Shown: in pieces, positions 9,107 through 18,667 of the stretch
How the letters are laid out: each line of letters opens with the position of its first letter
How positions within the stretch are numbered: position 1 is the first letter of the stretch
NCBI GenBank assembly: GCA_046703945.1
Contig: JBJKSN010000038.1
Location: 1-40,664, forward strand
Source: Nitrososphaerales archaeon
Lineage (GTDB): Archaea > Thermoproteota > Nitrososphaeria > Nitrososphaerales > Gagatemarchaeaceae
Length of the DNA stretch: 40,664 bases
Direction: 5' to 3'
The notes under the pieces: model-generated
What the model saw: the letters and a program-made list of their open reading frames with translations, nothing else
The model's database searches: none
Told to the model about the DNA's origin: nothing
Translations under genes and position numbers: made by a program

Positions 9107-10206
9107 GGTCCCCTGAGCACCGGAGGTATCATCCCCGCCCTGATCGCGTGGTCCGCGAGCACGAGGGCGGTCGAGTTCTCGACCACCGGGACCGCCCTGG
9201 GGACGACCGTCGGGTCGTGGCGCCCGGGTACTACGAGTTCCACCTCCTTCTTGGAAGCGAGGTCGACCGTCGTCTGCTTGGAGGCGATGGATGAAGCAGG
9301 CTTGAACGCGATTCTGTACACTATGGGCATGCCGTTGGAAAGCCCACCGAGAATTCCGCCGGCGTGGTTCGTCTTGGTCCTGACCTTGTCGCCCTCGAAG
9401 TAGTATTCGTCGTTGTTTTCTGCCCCCCTGAGTCTGCTGGAAGAGAAACCGGAGCCGAATTCTACCCCTTTGACCGCAGGAATCGAAAGCGCCATCCGAG
9501 CGAGGTCCGAGTCCAGGGACGCAAACACGGGTTCGCCGAGGCCAGGCGGGACGTTGAGCGCGACGCACTCGACGAGCCCTCCGACGCTGCTCCCACCTCC
9601 ACGGGCCTCGACGATCTTCTTCTTCATCAACTCAGCCGCCTCGGCCGTAGGAGCCCGAGCGTCGTTCGCGTACCGGTTCTTCCTTGCCGTGTCTAGGTCG
9701 AACCCTTCGGCCCGAATCCCACCGATTTCCAATGAATAGGCGATGATTTCGATCCCTAGCGTTTCACGCAGGAGTTTCTTCGCCACGGCGCCGCCCATGA
9801 CGAACGACGCGGTTATCCTGCCGGAGAACCTGCCTCCTCCCCTGTAATCGTTGAACCCCCCGTATTTCATCTTCGCCACAAGGTCTGCATGCCCAGGGCG
9901 AGGGGAGTTCACCATGGCGTCGTAGGACCGCGAGTCCTTGTCCCCGTTCTTGATGAGCATCATTATGGGCGCTCCGGTGGTGCGGCCGTTGAAGACTCCA
10001 GACATTATCTCCACCCTGTCCTCTTCCTTCCTCTGGGTGGTGACTATCGACTGGCCTGGCTTTCTCAGGTCGAGCTCCGGCTGGATGTCTGCCTCGTCCA
10101 GAGCCAAGCCTGCAGGACAGCCTTCCAGGACCGCGCCCACCACCTTACCGTGGCTTTCTCCGAAGGTGATCAGTTGGAACCTCTCGCCTATGATGTTGCC
10201 GCTCAA
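9103..10206 (-). CDS. aroC: chorismate synthase
   Basis: 367 aa. Motifs FGESHG and RPGHAD. The TTG start overlaps the aroA stop (TTGA at 10203-10206). Confidence 0.95.
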   Translation of the reverse strand: MSGNIIGERFQLITFGESHGKVVGAVLEGCPAGLALDEADIQPELDLRKPGQSIVTTQRKEEDRVEIMSGVFNGRTTGAPIMMLIKNGDKDSRSYDAMVNSPRPGHADLVAKMKYGGFNDYRGGGRFSGRITASFVMGGAVAKKLLRETLGIEIIAYSLEIGGIRAEGFDLDTARKNRYANDARAPTAEAAELMKKKIVEARGGGSSVGGLVECVALNVPPGLGEPVFASLDSDLARMALSIPAVKGVEFGSGFSSSRLRGAENNDEYYFEGDKVRTKTNHAGGILGGLSNGMPIVYRIAFKPASSIASKQTTVDLASKKEVELVVPGRHDPTVVPRAVPVVENSTALVLADHAIRAGMIPPVLRGP

Positions 10207-11468
10207 TCTGTTGTCACCTTTACGCCAATCCGCTCCATGTCGGAAAGGAATCCAGGATATGACACGTCGAGACTTTCCACCCCGGTCACCGGCGCCCCGT
10301 CCGGGACGAGAAGGGAGGCCAGGGCGAACGCCATGAACATCCGGTGGTCGTCGTGGGCGTCAAGACCAGAGCGGGTGAACTCGTGGGGCCTCGCTATGGT
10401 CATCCCGTCCGCGCGCTCTTCGACCTTCGCCCCGACCTTTGAGAGCTCCTGTGCTAGGACGCTGATCCGATCAGTCTCTTTCAGCCTCGCGTGGGCTACC
10501 CCGCCTATCGTCAGGGGCTCTTCGCACTTCAGGGCCAAGGCTGCGAGCACCGGCAACAGGTCCGGGGAGTCAGCCAGGTAGAAAGACCCTCCTCTTAGTG
10601 CTCCGCCGTCGGCGTCGACGACCACTGAGCCAGGTCTGCGTTCGACCCCTACCCCCAGGTCCTCGAGCACCTCCAGGATCGCCGCGTCCGCCTGGGGGAG
10701 CTCGCTCCCAAGGTCCAGGAGCTCGACCTTCCCCCCTGCCAGGGCGGCCGCAGCCATGACGAAGGCTGCCGAGCTGAAGTCTCCTGGGACGGCGAAGTCT
10801 GCAGGCCGGTATTGCTGGGCTGCCTGAATCTCAAAGCGTCCATAGCCGTCCCGCCTGATGCGTATGCCGTGTAGCTCTGCGAGCTTCAATGTCGCGTCGA
10901 TGTAGGGTCTCGAGACTGGATCCACGACCGTAAGGCTGGAGTCTTCCCTCGCCAGCGGCGAGGATATGAGAATCGATGAAACGAACTGTGAAGAGACGTC
11001 TCCCTGGAGCCGGGCCTGGCCTCCGCGCATCCCGCCTTCCACTACTATGGGAGCACACCCGTTCCCAGCGGTGGCGCGCGCCCTGGCCCCCAGCTGGCCG
11101 AGGGCGTCGAGGAGCCCCTGCATCGGCCTCCGACGGACGCTCGCATCGCCAGTGAGCACCGTCTCCCCCCTGGGAGGGAGCGCGAAGGCTGAGGTCATGA
11201 ACCGCAATGTGGTTCCTGAGTTCTCGACGTTCACCTCCCTTGACGCGGCCCTGGGCTCTGTCCCGGTTATGACTAGCCCAGACCCTGAGGCTGCGATGCC
11301 TGCGCCCATGGCCCTGCATGCCTCGAAGGTGGCGATGGTGTCCCTGGAGCTGAGGGGGTTCTCCACCAGGCTCTCTCCCAGGGAGAGGCTCGCCATGAGA
11401 ACGGACCTGTGGGTGTAGCTCTTGCTGGGAGGGACCCTGACGGTCCCATCGAGAGGCCCACGGGGCAC
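10203..11468 (-). CDS. aroA: 3-phosphoshikimate 1-carboxyvinyltransferase (EPSP synthase)
   Basis: 421 aa. Motifs PPSKSYTHRS and NSGTTLRF. GTG start. Confidence 0.95.
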   Translation of the reverse strand: MPRGPLDGTVRVPPSKSYTHRSVLMASLSLGESLVENPLSSRDTIATFEACRAMGAGIAASGSGLVITGTEPRAASREVNVENSGTTLRFMTSAFALPPRGETVLTGDASVRRRPMQGLLDALGQLGARARATAGNGCAPIVVEGGMRGGQARLQGDVSSQFVSSILISSPLAREDSSLTVVDPVSRPYIDATLKLAELHGIRIRRDGYGRFEIQAAQQYRPADFAVPGDFSSAAFVMAAAALAGGKVELLDLGSELPQADAAILEVLEDLGVGVERRPGSVVVDADGGALRGGSFYLADSPDLLPVLAALALKCEEPLTIGGVAHARLKETDRISVLAQELSKVGAKVEERADGMTIARPHEFTRSGLDAHDDHRMFMAFALASLLVPDGAPVTGVESLDVSYPGFLSDMERIGVKVTTD

Positions 11469-11478
11469 AAGAGTCGTG

Positions 11479-12351
11479 CTAGCGACCGATCGCAGCCCCC
11501 CCTTCGCATGTCTCTGTCCTAATCACGACGGCCCCTTCGTCTTTCCAGCGCCTCTCAAGGCGGTCCGCTGACCTGCCGTCGTCGAACACGGCGGCCACGG
11601 CGGGGCCCGTCCCCGAGAGGCCGGCCCCCAGCGCTCCCTCCTCCAGAGCCTCGAGGGCGTCAGAGCTCGAATAGCCATAGATCGTACTGTAGAGCAGCCC
11701 GTTCAGGGTCATGGCCTTCCAGATGCCGCCGCGTCTGGCCTGGTCGAAGATGGAGTCCGCCAACTTCGCGAAGCGCCTCACCTCGGAGAGGGCTACCGAA
11801 TCCCGCCTGCTCCTGTTGCCGTGGATCCCTATGAGGACGGTCATCGGCTTCTTCAAGCTGACAGTGGCAATGATGCGCTTCGAATGGTTGTCGGTGAAGA
11901 CCCCGCCACCCAGGAGGCAGGCAGCGGCGTCGTCCATCGCCCCGGTGACGCTGGTTCCGCTGGCGAGGGAAGCTGAAACGCTGCACCCGAGGACTTCTTC
12001 CGGCGCGTAGTCAGGTCTCCCGAAGGCGGAAAAGGTCGCCAGGGCCACCGCCACCGACGAGGACGAAGATGTCTTGAGGCCCACCCCCACCGGGGCTGAT
12101 GTCTCAGTCTCAATTCGGCCAGAGTACCTCTCGGGGCTCTCCCCGAGAACCCTGATGGCATCCCTCACGGTGCGCTGAGGCAGGCTGGACGTGACAGGGC
12201 CGCCGTTGGTCGACCCCTTCCAGCTCCCGCGCCTTTCCTGTATGGTGACCTTTGCGGTGGTGGGGAGATTGACAGCGAGGGAGGCGCCATGGCCGCTAGC
12301 TATAGCGTTGACGATGCTCACCGCTCCACGGGCGGTGGCCACTCCAATCAG
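11479..12351 (-). CDS. aroK: archaeal-type shikimate kinase (GHMP kinase family)
   Basis: Motif GAVSIVNAIASGHGASLAV and GHMP motif PVGVGLKTSSSSSVA. Start uncertain: CTG 12351 overlaps the aroE TGA (CTGA), GTG 12342 lies 3 codons downstream, and ATG 12423 would overlap aroE by 76 nt. Archaeal shikimate kinases are about 280-290 aa, which favours the two short options. Confidence 0.85.
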   Translation of the reverse strand: MIGVATARGAVSIVNAIASGHGASLAVNLPTTAKVTIQERRGSWKGSTNGGPVTSSLPQRTVRDAIRVLGESPERYSGRIETETSAPVGVGLKTSSSSSVAVALATFSAFGRPDYAPEEVLGCSVSASLASGTSVTGAMDDAAACLLGGGVFTDNHSKRIIATVSLKKPMTVLIGIHGNRSRRDSVALSEVRRFAKLADSIFDQARRGGIWKAMTLNGLLYSTIYGYSSSDALEALEEGALGAGLSGTGPAVAAVFDDGRSADRLERRWKDEGAVVIRTETCEGGAAIGR

Positions 12352-13184
12352 GTCGCCACCACCCCGAGGGAGGCAAAGAGCGCTTTCCTCACCGGTTCTT
12401 CGGGACACGGCTTCCCGGTCCATATCTCCAGAGCTTTGATGGCCTGGGCGAGGAGCATCTCGTGCCCGTGGATGAGCGCACACCCCTTGGCGGAAGCGAG
12501 CCGCATCAGCTCCGTCTCCACCGGAGAGTAGACCGCGTCGAACACCACCGGCGCACGATCCAGCAGGGGCGCAGCCTCGGCGGGGAGCGGCCTGCCTCCC
12601 CCGCCTGCGGGGGTTGCGTTGAAGACCAGGTCGGGATGCTGGGAAGGGGCCTCGCGGTAGGAGACCACGTCCAGGTCCATGGTCGGAAAAGCAGCCTCCA
12701 TGTCAGCCAGGAGAGCCTGCGCCTTCTCTGGAGCCCTCGATATGAACGTCACCGAGCCCGACCCCGTCCGGTTCATGGCAGCACAGAAAGCTCTGGCCGC
12801 CCCCCCGGTCCCCAAGGCGACGGCGTGGCGGAAGCGGGGGAGGCGCCTGGCTGCCAGCGGCGCGATGATGCCGTCGACGTCAGTGTTGTACCCCCGATAT
12901 CCGCCCGCCTCCGCGTTTACTGTGTTGACCGCACCTACGCTGGCCGAGACCCCGTCCAGCGAGTCGAGCAGTCGCACCATCGAAGCCTTGTGAGGCATCG
13001 TGACGTTCAGGCCCCGGACCTCGTGGTTCCTTGCCTTCCTGAAAGCGTCGTCCAGGCCGGAGGGCGGGACGCTGAGGGCTTCGTACTTTGCATCCAGGCC
13101 CATGGCAGCGAAGGCCGCGTTCATCAGGTGTGGCGAGGGCGAGGTGCCGACGTCTTCGCCTAGCAGCAGGTACCGGTCAGTCAT
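12348..13184 (-). CDS. aroE: shikimate 5-dehydrogenase
   Basis: Start at ATG 13184 (MTDRYLLLGEDVGTSPSPHLMNAAF), overlapping the aroD stop (ATGA). Motifs GLNVTMPHK, GYNTD, GTGGAARA. The track ORF extension to 13496 lies inside aroD. Confidence 0.9.
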   Translation of the reverse strand: MTDRYLLLGEDVGTSPSPHLMNAAFAAMGLDAKYEALSVPPSGLDDAFRKARNHEVRGLNVTMPHKASMVRLLDSLDGVSASVGAVNTVNAEAGGYRGYNTDVDGIIAPLAARRLPRFRHAVALGTGGAARAFCAAMNRTGSGSVTFISRAPEKAQALLADMEAAFPTMDLDVVSYREAPSQHPDLVFNATPAGGGGRPLPAEAAPLLDRAPVVFDAVYSPVETELMRLASAKGCALIHGHEMLLAQAIKALEIWTGKPCPEEPVRKALFASLGVVAT

Positions 13185-13834
13185 CCCCTTTGTCTCCGCA
13201 TGGCCAGGAGCTGCGAGAGCGTGGTCTGGCCGGGGGCGGTCGGCTCTCCGGGGAGCGAAGCGTAAGCTATGGGGGTCCCCCGCTCGACGGCCATTATCCT
13301 CGAAAGCAGCCCGGCCTCGCCCATGCAGAAGGCGATGGGAGCAGGGACCCCGGCGTCGTACAAAGAGAGCACGGTGAGATTGTCTGAGGCCCTGCGGGCG
13401 GTGGGGACCAGCTTGGCCAGGCCCCCGAAAGCTCTCGCGTCTGTCAGTATGGAGGCCAGCCGAGCACTGGAAGGAGTCCGCGAGCGGTCGTGCCAAGAGA
13501 CGATGAGCCTCTGACCTGCGAGGCCACGAACGAGGTCCGGGCTAGCTCGCAAGGTGCGTAGCTCGACGTCCAAGAAGGCAGGGTGCAGGCGGCTGGCAGC
13601 CATGATGGCCTCCAGGCGGTCCGCCTCGCTCCCCTCGAAGCCGCCTCCCTCGTCCTGTGGCCTCACGGTGAGAATCGCCCTGCCCGCGAGCTCCGAGAGC
13701 CCCGACTCCCGCAGCTGGAACGGCCTGAGGGAGTCCAGCCTGAACTCGACGAGGTCGGTGCCAAGGTTCAGTGCCCTCCGGGCTTTGCTTCTCTGTTCGG
13801 CCAGAGTTCCGGCAGACACAGAGGTGCAAATCAT
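13181..13834 (-). CDS. aroD: 3-dehydroquinate dehydratase, type I
   Basis: 217 aa. LVEFRLD and overall type I DHQase pattern. Sits between the DHQ synthase and shikimate dehydrogenase genes. Confidence 0.88.
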   Translation of the reverse strand: MICTSVSAGTLAEQRSKARRALNLGTDLVEFRLDSLRPFQLRESGLSELAGRAILTVRPQDEGGGFEGSEADRLEAIMAASRLHPAFLDVELRTLRASPDLVRGLAGQRLIVSWHDRSRTPSSARLASILTDARAFGGLAKLVPTARRASDNLTVLSLYDAGVPAPIAFCMGEAGLLSRIMAVERGTPIAYASLPGEPTAPGQTTLSQLLAMRRQRG

Positions 13835-13877
13835 CGTCAGCCCGGCCCCCTTCTGGGCTACGGCGGGCCCATGCCTC

Positions 13878-14891
13878 CTACTTCTCTTCGATGTGCTCGT
13901 CCACTTCCCCCCCGAAGTGCCTGGCCTTGGCCGCCTCGGCGCGGACCAGGACGACGTCCCCCGCCTTGAGCTCGGTCACCGAGACCGCCTCGCCGCCGGG
14001 ACGCACCAGGCGGATCGTCTCGGCCTTCTGGAGTATCACCGCTCCGGAGCCGGTCGCCGACCTCGCATCCACCAGGACCAGCGGCCGGCGCTCTATCTTG
14101 ATCCTCCCCACCGACGCTTCCCTGGTGTCCCCGCCGGTCCCCACGATGGTCACCTTGTCGGGCGGTTCCAGCTCCGATAGGTATCGCGTCCTTCCGTCCG
14201 AGGACAGGGTGTAGCTGTGCACCGCCCCTGCGTTCACCCGGAAGGGACGGGTGGCGATGTATTCCGACGGAATCGTCTCCCCATGGACGAGAAAGAAGAA
14301 ACCCCCCCTGCTCCCGACGAGCATCCCCTCTCCGACCTCCAGCTGGGAAGTCGTGTCGACGCAGGCCCGGTCTCCCACCCCAGCGTCCACCACCCTGGTG
14401 ACTTCGGCGGGTTCGAGCGCGAGCTTCGGCCTTTTCCCGATTATGCCCATCGCTTCTGCGATGGAAGATGGAGGGATGACCACACCGTCGACCCCCCGCT
14501 CGAGGACGGTGAAGGCCGTCTCAATCTGCTCCTTCGAGTCGGCGTAGGCGTAGAGTTTGCGCCCCCGGCGCCTGAACTCCGCTATGAGGTTCTCCAGTGG
14601 GATGATCTTCCAGTCGGAGCACTCGACGATGACGAATGCTATGCTCTGCGAGCTGGCGGCCACCGCCTTGTCTACGTCGCGGGGCCCGGCGACCTTGACC
14701 CATCTGGTCTTGTTCGGCCCTTCGCCTTCGGAGACTTCGAAGACCTGAAGCCCGTTCAATGGGGCAGACGCGGGGACAGGGCCGTCGGTGACCAGGGAGC
14801 GCACCCCGGCGGCCGCGGCTTCGGCCAGGAGCGTCTCTGAAATCTCATCCTCGGTGATATGAACGACCAGTGCCTTGTCATCAGTGAGCAT
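13878..14891 (-). CDS. aroB': 3-dehydroquinate synthase II (archaeal AroB', MJ1249 type)
   Basis: Strong resemblance to archaeal DHQ synthase II blocks: WKIIPLENLIA, GDRACVDT, GEGMLVGS, ATRPFRVNAGAVHSY, RYLSEL, VGRIKIERRPLVL, AETIRLV. Start taken at ATG 14891 (11-nt overlap with the upstream gene). Confidence 0.85.
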   Translation of the reverse strand: MLTDDKALVVHITEDEISETLLAEAAAAGVRSLVTDGPVPASAPLNGLQVFEVSEGEGPNKTRWVKVAGPRDVDKAVAASSQSIAFVIVECSDWKIIPLENLIAEFRRRGRKLYAYADSKEQIETAFTVLERGVDGVVIPPSSIAEAMGIIGKRPKLALEPAEVTRVVDAGVGDRACVDTTSQLEVGEGMLVGSRGGFFFLVHGETIPSEYIATRPFRVNAGAVHSYTLSSDGRTRYLSELEPPDKVTIVGTGGDTREASVGRIKIERRPLVLVDARSATGSGAVILQKAETIRLVRPGGEAVSVTELKAGDVVLVRAEAAKARHFGGEVDEHIEEK

Positions 14892-15672
14892 TGCCGAGCG
14901 CCTCCATGGCGCCGTCGACGGACTCCCCCTCCACGACCACCCTGTGCAGAGCCCTGACGATGCGAGTGGGGTCGCCATGCCCGAAGACGTTCCTCCCGAA
15001 TGTCACACCCATGGCCCCGGCCTTCATGACAGAGTCGGCCATTTCGAGCAGGGCCCTGTCTGAATCTACCTTCGAGCCCCCTGCGAGAACCACCGGGGCA
15101 GGGCACTTCCTGACGACCTCCCTGAACGTCTCTGTGCTTCCGGTGTAGACTGTCTTGACTATGTCAGCCCCGGCTTCGGCGCCGATGCGCGCCACGTGGG
15201 CGATGGTGTTCGGGTCGTTCGGGTCCTTTATCCCTTCGCCGCGCGGATACATCATAGCTATCAGAGGGACCTGCAGGCCGTCACACTCGTCGGCCACGGT
15301 GCCGAGCTGGACCAGCATCTCTGGCTCCTCCCTGGCGCCGATGTTGATGTGCACAGAGACGGCGTCGGCGCCGAGCCTGACGCCCTCCTCGACGGACGAC
15401 ACCAGGACCTTCCGGTTGGGCGTAGGGCCGAAGGCTGTGTTCGCCGAGAGGTGGAGTATCATGCCTATTGGAGGCGCATCCTTCAGGGCCTTCAGGACGC
15501 CCTTGTGCGCCAGGAAGGCGGTCGCACCCCCCGCGGCGACCATCTTCACCATCAGCTCCGGCTCTTCGAGGCCTCTGATTGGGCCGTTGGTGATAGAGTG
15601 ATCCATAGGGACGCAGAGCATCCTGCCGCGGTCGACTATCCTCGAAACTCTGAACGCCTTGCCAGAGACCAA
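14881..15672 (-). CDS. aroA': 2-amino-3,7-dideoxy-D-threo-hept-6-ulosonate (ADH) synthase (archaeal AroA', MJ0400 type, class I aldolase fold)
   Basis: 263 aa. Blocks VPMDHSITNGPI, GADAVSVHINIG, PLIAMMYPRG, GADIVKT (Schiff-base Lys region), CPAPVVLAGG, GRNVF. TTG start 2 nt after the asd stop. Confidence 0.8.
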   Translation of the reverse strand: MVSGKAFRVSRIVDRGRMLCVPMDHSITNGPIRGLEEPELMVKMVAAGGATAFLAHKGVLKALKDAPPIGMILHLSANTAFGPTPNRKVLVSSVEEGVRLGADAVSVHINIGAREEPEMLVQLGTVADECDGLQVPLIAMMYPRGEGIKDPNDPNTIAHVARIGAEAGADIVKTVYTGSTETFREVVRKCPAPVVLAGGSKVDSDRALLEMADSVMKAGAMGVTFGRNVFGHGDPTRIVRALHRVVVEGESVDGAMEALGNAH

Positions 15673-15674
15673 GC

Positions 15675-16739
15675 CTATCTCCCCAGGTACCCCTTGCCCT
15701 GCATCAGCTCTGCTGTAAGGATGGCTGTGCCTGCGGCGCCCCTGATCGTGTTGTGAGAGAGAAGCGTCAGTTGTATCGAGTCGCTGCCGATTCCCCTCCG
15801 CACCCTCCCCACCACGACGCTCATCCCGGGAACCGAGCCAGAGAGGCGGTCCAGGCGCGGCTGGGGCCTGTCAGGCTCAGGCCTGACGATGATTGGCCGT
15901 TCGGGGGCCGAAGGGAGTCCCAGCTGCTGGGGGGCGCCGCGGAACCCGCTCAGGCAGTCGACCGCATCTTCAGGCTCGAGGTCCTTGCCCAGCTCGGCGT
16001 AGACGGTCTCGACATGGCCGTCAATGACGGGGACGCGGTTGCACGATATGGCGATCTGTACACCGGCGCTGCGGACACTGCCGTCCTCCCGCGCCCCCAG
16101 AATCTTCCTTGACTCGTCCGCCACTTTCTCCTCCTCGTCCCTGATGTAGGGGACTACGTTTTCTGTGATTAGCATGGAAGGGACCCCCGGAAAGCCCGCC
16201 CCCGAGACCGCCTGCATGGTCGTAACGATGGCGCGCCTGAGCGCGAACCTGTCCGCGAGGGGTTTGAGGACCATCGCCAGCCCTGTGACTGTGCAGTTGG
16301 GAGTGGTGACCAAGGACCCGCTCCAGCCCCTGTTCTTCTTTTGCGAAGCGAGGAGGCCGAGGTGGTCCGGGTTGACCTCCGGGATCATGAGTGGGATGTC
16401 TGCGCCGAGTCTATGCGCGCTCGCTTCGCTTATCACCGTGAAGCCGGCCTGGGCGAACTTGGGTTCGACCGTGGAGGCCGCATCGGCGGGGAGGGCGGAG
16501 AAGACGACGTCGCATCCCGCGGCGCTGCGCGGTTCGGCTGGGAGTATCTTCCTCTCCGCGAATCCTTCGGGGATGTCCTCTGATGCGAGCCACCGGGTAG
16601 CTTCGCTGTAGGTCCTGCCGGCGGAGTCACCTCCCATGAGCACGTCGAGTTCGATGCTGGGATGGCGGCTCAGCATCGTAAGATATCTCTGGCCCACCGC
16701 ACCGGTGGACCCCAGCAGTGCGGCCCTGAGCTTCGTCAT
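15675..16739 (-). CDS. asd: aspartate-semialdehyde dehydrogenase
   Basis: 354 aa. Motifs GSTGAVGQ and TPNCT (active-site Cys). The ATG overlaps the lysC stop (ATGA at 16736-16739). Confidence 0.9.
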   Translation of the reverse strand: MTKLRAALLGSTGAVGQRYLTMLSRHPSIELDVLMGGDSAGRTYSEATRWLASEDIPEGFAERKILPAEPRSAAGCDVVFSALPADAASTVEPKFAQAGFTVISEASAHRLGADIPLMIPEVNPDHLGLLASQKKNRGWSGSLVTTPNCTVTGLAMVLKPLADRFALRRAIVTTMQAVSGAGFPGVPSMLITENVVPYIRDEEEKVADESRKILGAREDGSVRSAGVQIAISCNRVPVIDGHVETVYAELGKDLEPEDAVDCLSGFRGAPQQLGLPSAPERPIIVRPEPDRPQPRLDRLSGSVPGMSVVVGRVRRGIGSDSIQLTLLSHNTIRGAAGTAILTAELMQGKGYLGR

Positions 16740-17959
16740 TTCTCTCCCACCATCATCGCTTCCTTGACGAGTTTTGAGGCCCGCTGGGCCTGGTCTGCTG
16801 ACACGAACACCCGGATCGATGATTGGATCGTGACGATGCCGAACAGGTTGATGCCAGACCTGGCCAGCGGCTGGGCCACCCGCTGGATTACCCCAGGCTG
16901 CGTCTCCAGCGCCTTCCCTCGGATCGAGATCATGGCCAGGCCGTCGAAGGAAGACACCGCCTTACCGATCTTCTGTCCGACAAGGATCTGGTGGACTCGG
17001 TCGAGCACCTCCAGGCCCCCGGAGACGTAGAAGATCACAGAAGTCGACTCGAGGGACAGGGCGAGGATTGTCGCGTTGCACTCCCTTATCGTGTTGGCGA
17101 TGGCCATGACCGACTCGATGCGGGTGGGGTCCACCCCGACGATGGTCACCATTGAGGTCTCAGTGTGCGTGACCTCCACCTTGGCCTCGGGGATGTCACC
17201 CTCGATGACCGTCCCCGCGTCGAGCTTCTGCAGGCTGGTCACCCTGATCTTGAGCCCCGGGGCCTGGTAGCTGAGGGCCTTCAGGTGAAGGAATTTCGCC
17301 CCTCCAGCCGCGAGCAGCTCGGCCTCCTCGCCGTTCAGGCTCTCAATCAGCTGGGGGTTTTTCACCTTCCCCGGGTCGCTCGAGAAGACGCCGTCGACAT
17401 CCTTGATGAGCACGACCTCCTTCGAGCCTAGGCAGTTTCCCAGCAGGACTGCGGTTGTGTCGCTCCCTCCTCGCCCGAGGGTTGTCACCTTGCCTGTCGT
17501 GGTTCGGCCCAGGAATCCGCATACGATGGGGACATCGCCTCGCGCGATTATCGGCATCAGAGTCTCCCTGCTCCGCTGGCGAGTGACGTCCATGATCGGG
17601 TTGGCATCCTGGTGCCTGTCGTCGGTGATGACCGGCCAGCCTGGGCTGTCAGTGTCGATTACTACAGGCCTGAGCCCGTGTTGAGCCAAGGAGGCAGCCA
17701 CGAGCCTGGCGCTGGTCTTCTCCCCCGACGAGAGGAGCTCGTCCACGAGGGACGCCTCCATGTTCGGGTTCACCCCCCTGGAGAGCGTGAGGAGATTGTC
17801 GGTGACCCCCTTCATCGCCGAGACCACCACGACCACTCCTACACCCCTTCCGAGGGTGCGGGCGATGAGCGCGGCTGCCTGGCCAATGGCTCGGCCGTCG
17901 TCCAGCACCGACCCTCCGAACTTTATTACGATGATTTCACTAAATTCACTCTTACTCAT
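16736..17959 (-). CDS. lysC: aspartate kinase with C-terminal ACT domains
   Basis: 407 aa. Motifs IKFGGSVL and GRGGSDTTA, with tandem ACT-like C-terminal repeats. First gene of the minus-strand aro operon. Confidence 0.9.
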   Translation of the reverse strand: MSKSEFSEIIVIKFGGSVLDDGRAIGQAAALIARTLGRGVGVVVVVSAMKGVTDNLLTLSRGVNPNMEASLVDELLSSGEKTSARLVAASLAQHGLRPVVIDTDSPGWPVITDDRHQDANPIMDVTRQRSRETLMPIIARGDVPIVCGFLGRTTTGKVTTLGRGGSDTTAVLLGNCLGSKEVVLIKDVDGVFSSDPGKVKNPQLIESLNGEEAELLAAGGAKFLHLKALSYQAPGLKIRVTSLQKLDAGTVIEGDIPEAKVEVTHTETSMVTIVGVDPTRIESVMAIANTIRECNATILALSLESTSVIFYVSGGLEVLDRVHQILVGQKIGKAVSSFDGLAMISIRGKALETQPGVIQRVAQPLARSGINLFGIVTIQSSIRVFVSADQAQRASKLVKEAMMVGEK

Positions 17960-18223
17960 TGAACTAGAATCCCCCAGAGTTGATAGAGCTGGAAGGGATT
18001 CTTACCAGCTGTAGCCGAAAAAGCCAAACACGGTCCAGTAGGCGGGACGTTCAGCCCGTGTGATGGCGTTCAAGTTTCTCGCGAACCCATCGCCGTCCCT
18101 GGCCTATTTATGAATTGGTGCACGAAGATGTACATTGCTCGGCCTGTCCGCCCCGTCCCGGCGGCATCGTCACGTAGGTCAACGAGCACACTCATGTTCC
18201 GCTGGGCCGGCAACATGGAGTTC

Positions 18224-18667
18224 CTAGAAGCTCTCCTTGATGGTCTGGAACGCTACGCAGGTCTCGGTCTTTTCGACACCATTTATTGCCCTCAGCTTGT
18301 CAACGACGAGCTTCCCGATGTCCTCCACCGAGTTCGCTCTGACCTTGAGCAGCATGTCCCACCCTCCAGAGATCACCGACACCTCATAGACCCCCGGCGT
18401 TTTGGATATCTCTTCTGCGAGCTTCCTCTGCGAGAGCCTCCCTTCGCTGCCGAAGGCCACAAAGACGTAGGCCATCACCTCCTTTCCCACCTTGGAGTAG
18501 TCGGGGATCGCGACGAACCTCCTTATCACCCCCGACTTCACCATCTTTCTCAGCCTCTCCTGGACCGTGGCCCTGGGGAGTCCCACGCGGTCGGCGATGT
18601 CAACGATGGACATCCTGCCGTCGTTGACCAGCTCGCCGAGTATCTTAGAGTCCTTTGCGTCTACCAT
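18224..18667 (-). CDS. Lrp/AsnC-family transcriptional regulator
   Basis: Start taken at ATG 18667 (MVDAKDSKILGELVNDGRMSIVDIADRVGLPRATVQERLRKM...): a wHTH domain plus a C-terminal RAM-type domain, 147 aa. The track ORF extension to 18856 crosses the AT-rich promoter region. Confidence 0.85.
   Translation of the reverse strand: MVDAKDSKILGELVNDGRMSIVDIADRVGLPRATVQERLRKMVKSGVIRRFVAIPDYSKVGKEVMAYVFVAFGSEGRLSQRKLAEEISKTPGVYEVSVISGGWDMLLKVRANSVEDIGKLVVDKLRAINGVEKTETCVAFQTIKESF

Noticed and set aside
7706-9568. Very long track ORFs that extend real genes upstream, or run antisense or out of frame. Examples: the 620-aa version of 7706..9568, 12348..13496, 13878..14978, 11479..12483, 23503..24726, 35268..36344, 25547..26476, 3793..4596, 4856..5491, 9889..10581, 18110..18688, 40058..40603.
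   Set aside because: They are Arg/Pro/Gly-rich low-complexity translations typical of non-coding frames in GC-rich DNA. They overlap genes with clear family motifs, and the recognisable domains start at internal ATG/GTG/TTG codons that sit exactly on the upstream stop codon.
17960-18223. 264-nt gap upstream of lysC. I looked for a riboswitch, leader peptide or small gene, including a 48-aa minus-strand ORF at 18070..18216 that starts 7 nt after the Lrp stop.
   Set aside because: I saw only short 5-bp stems and no conserved-looking structure. The small ORF is Arg/Gly-rich with no motif. Only a weak TATA-like CTATCA lies about 26 nt upstream of ATG 17959. I cannot support anything beyond calling it a promoter region.
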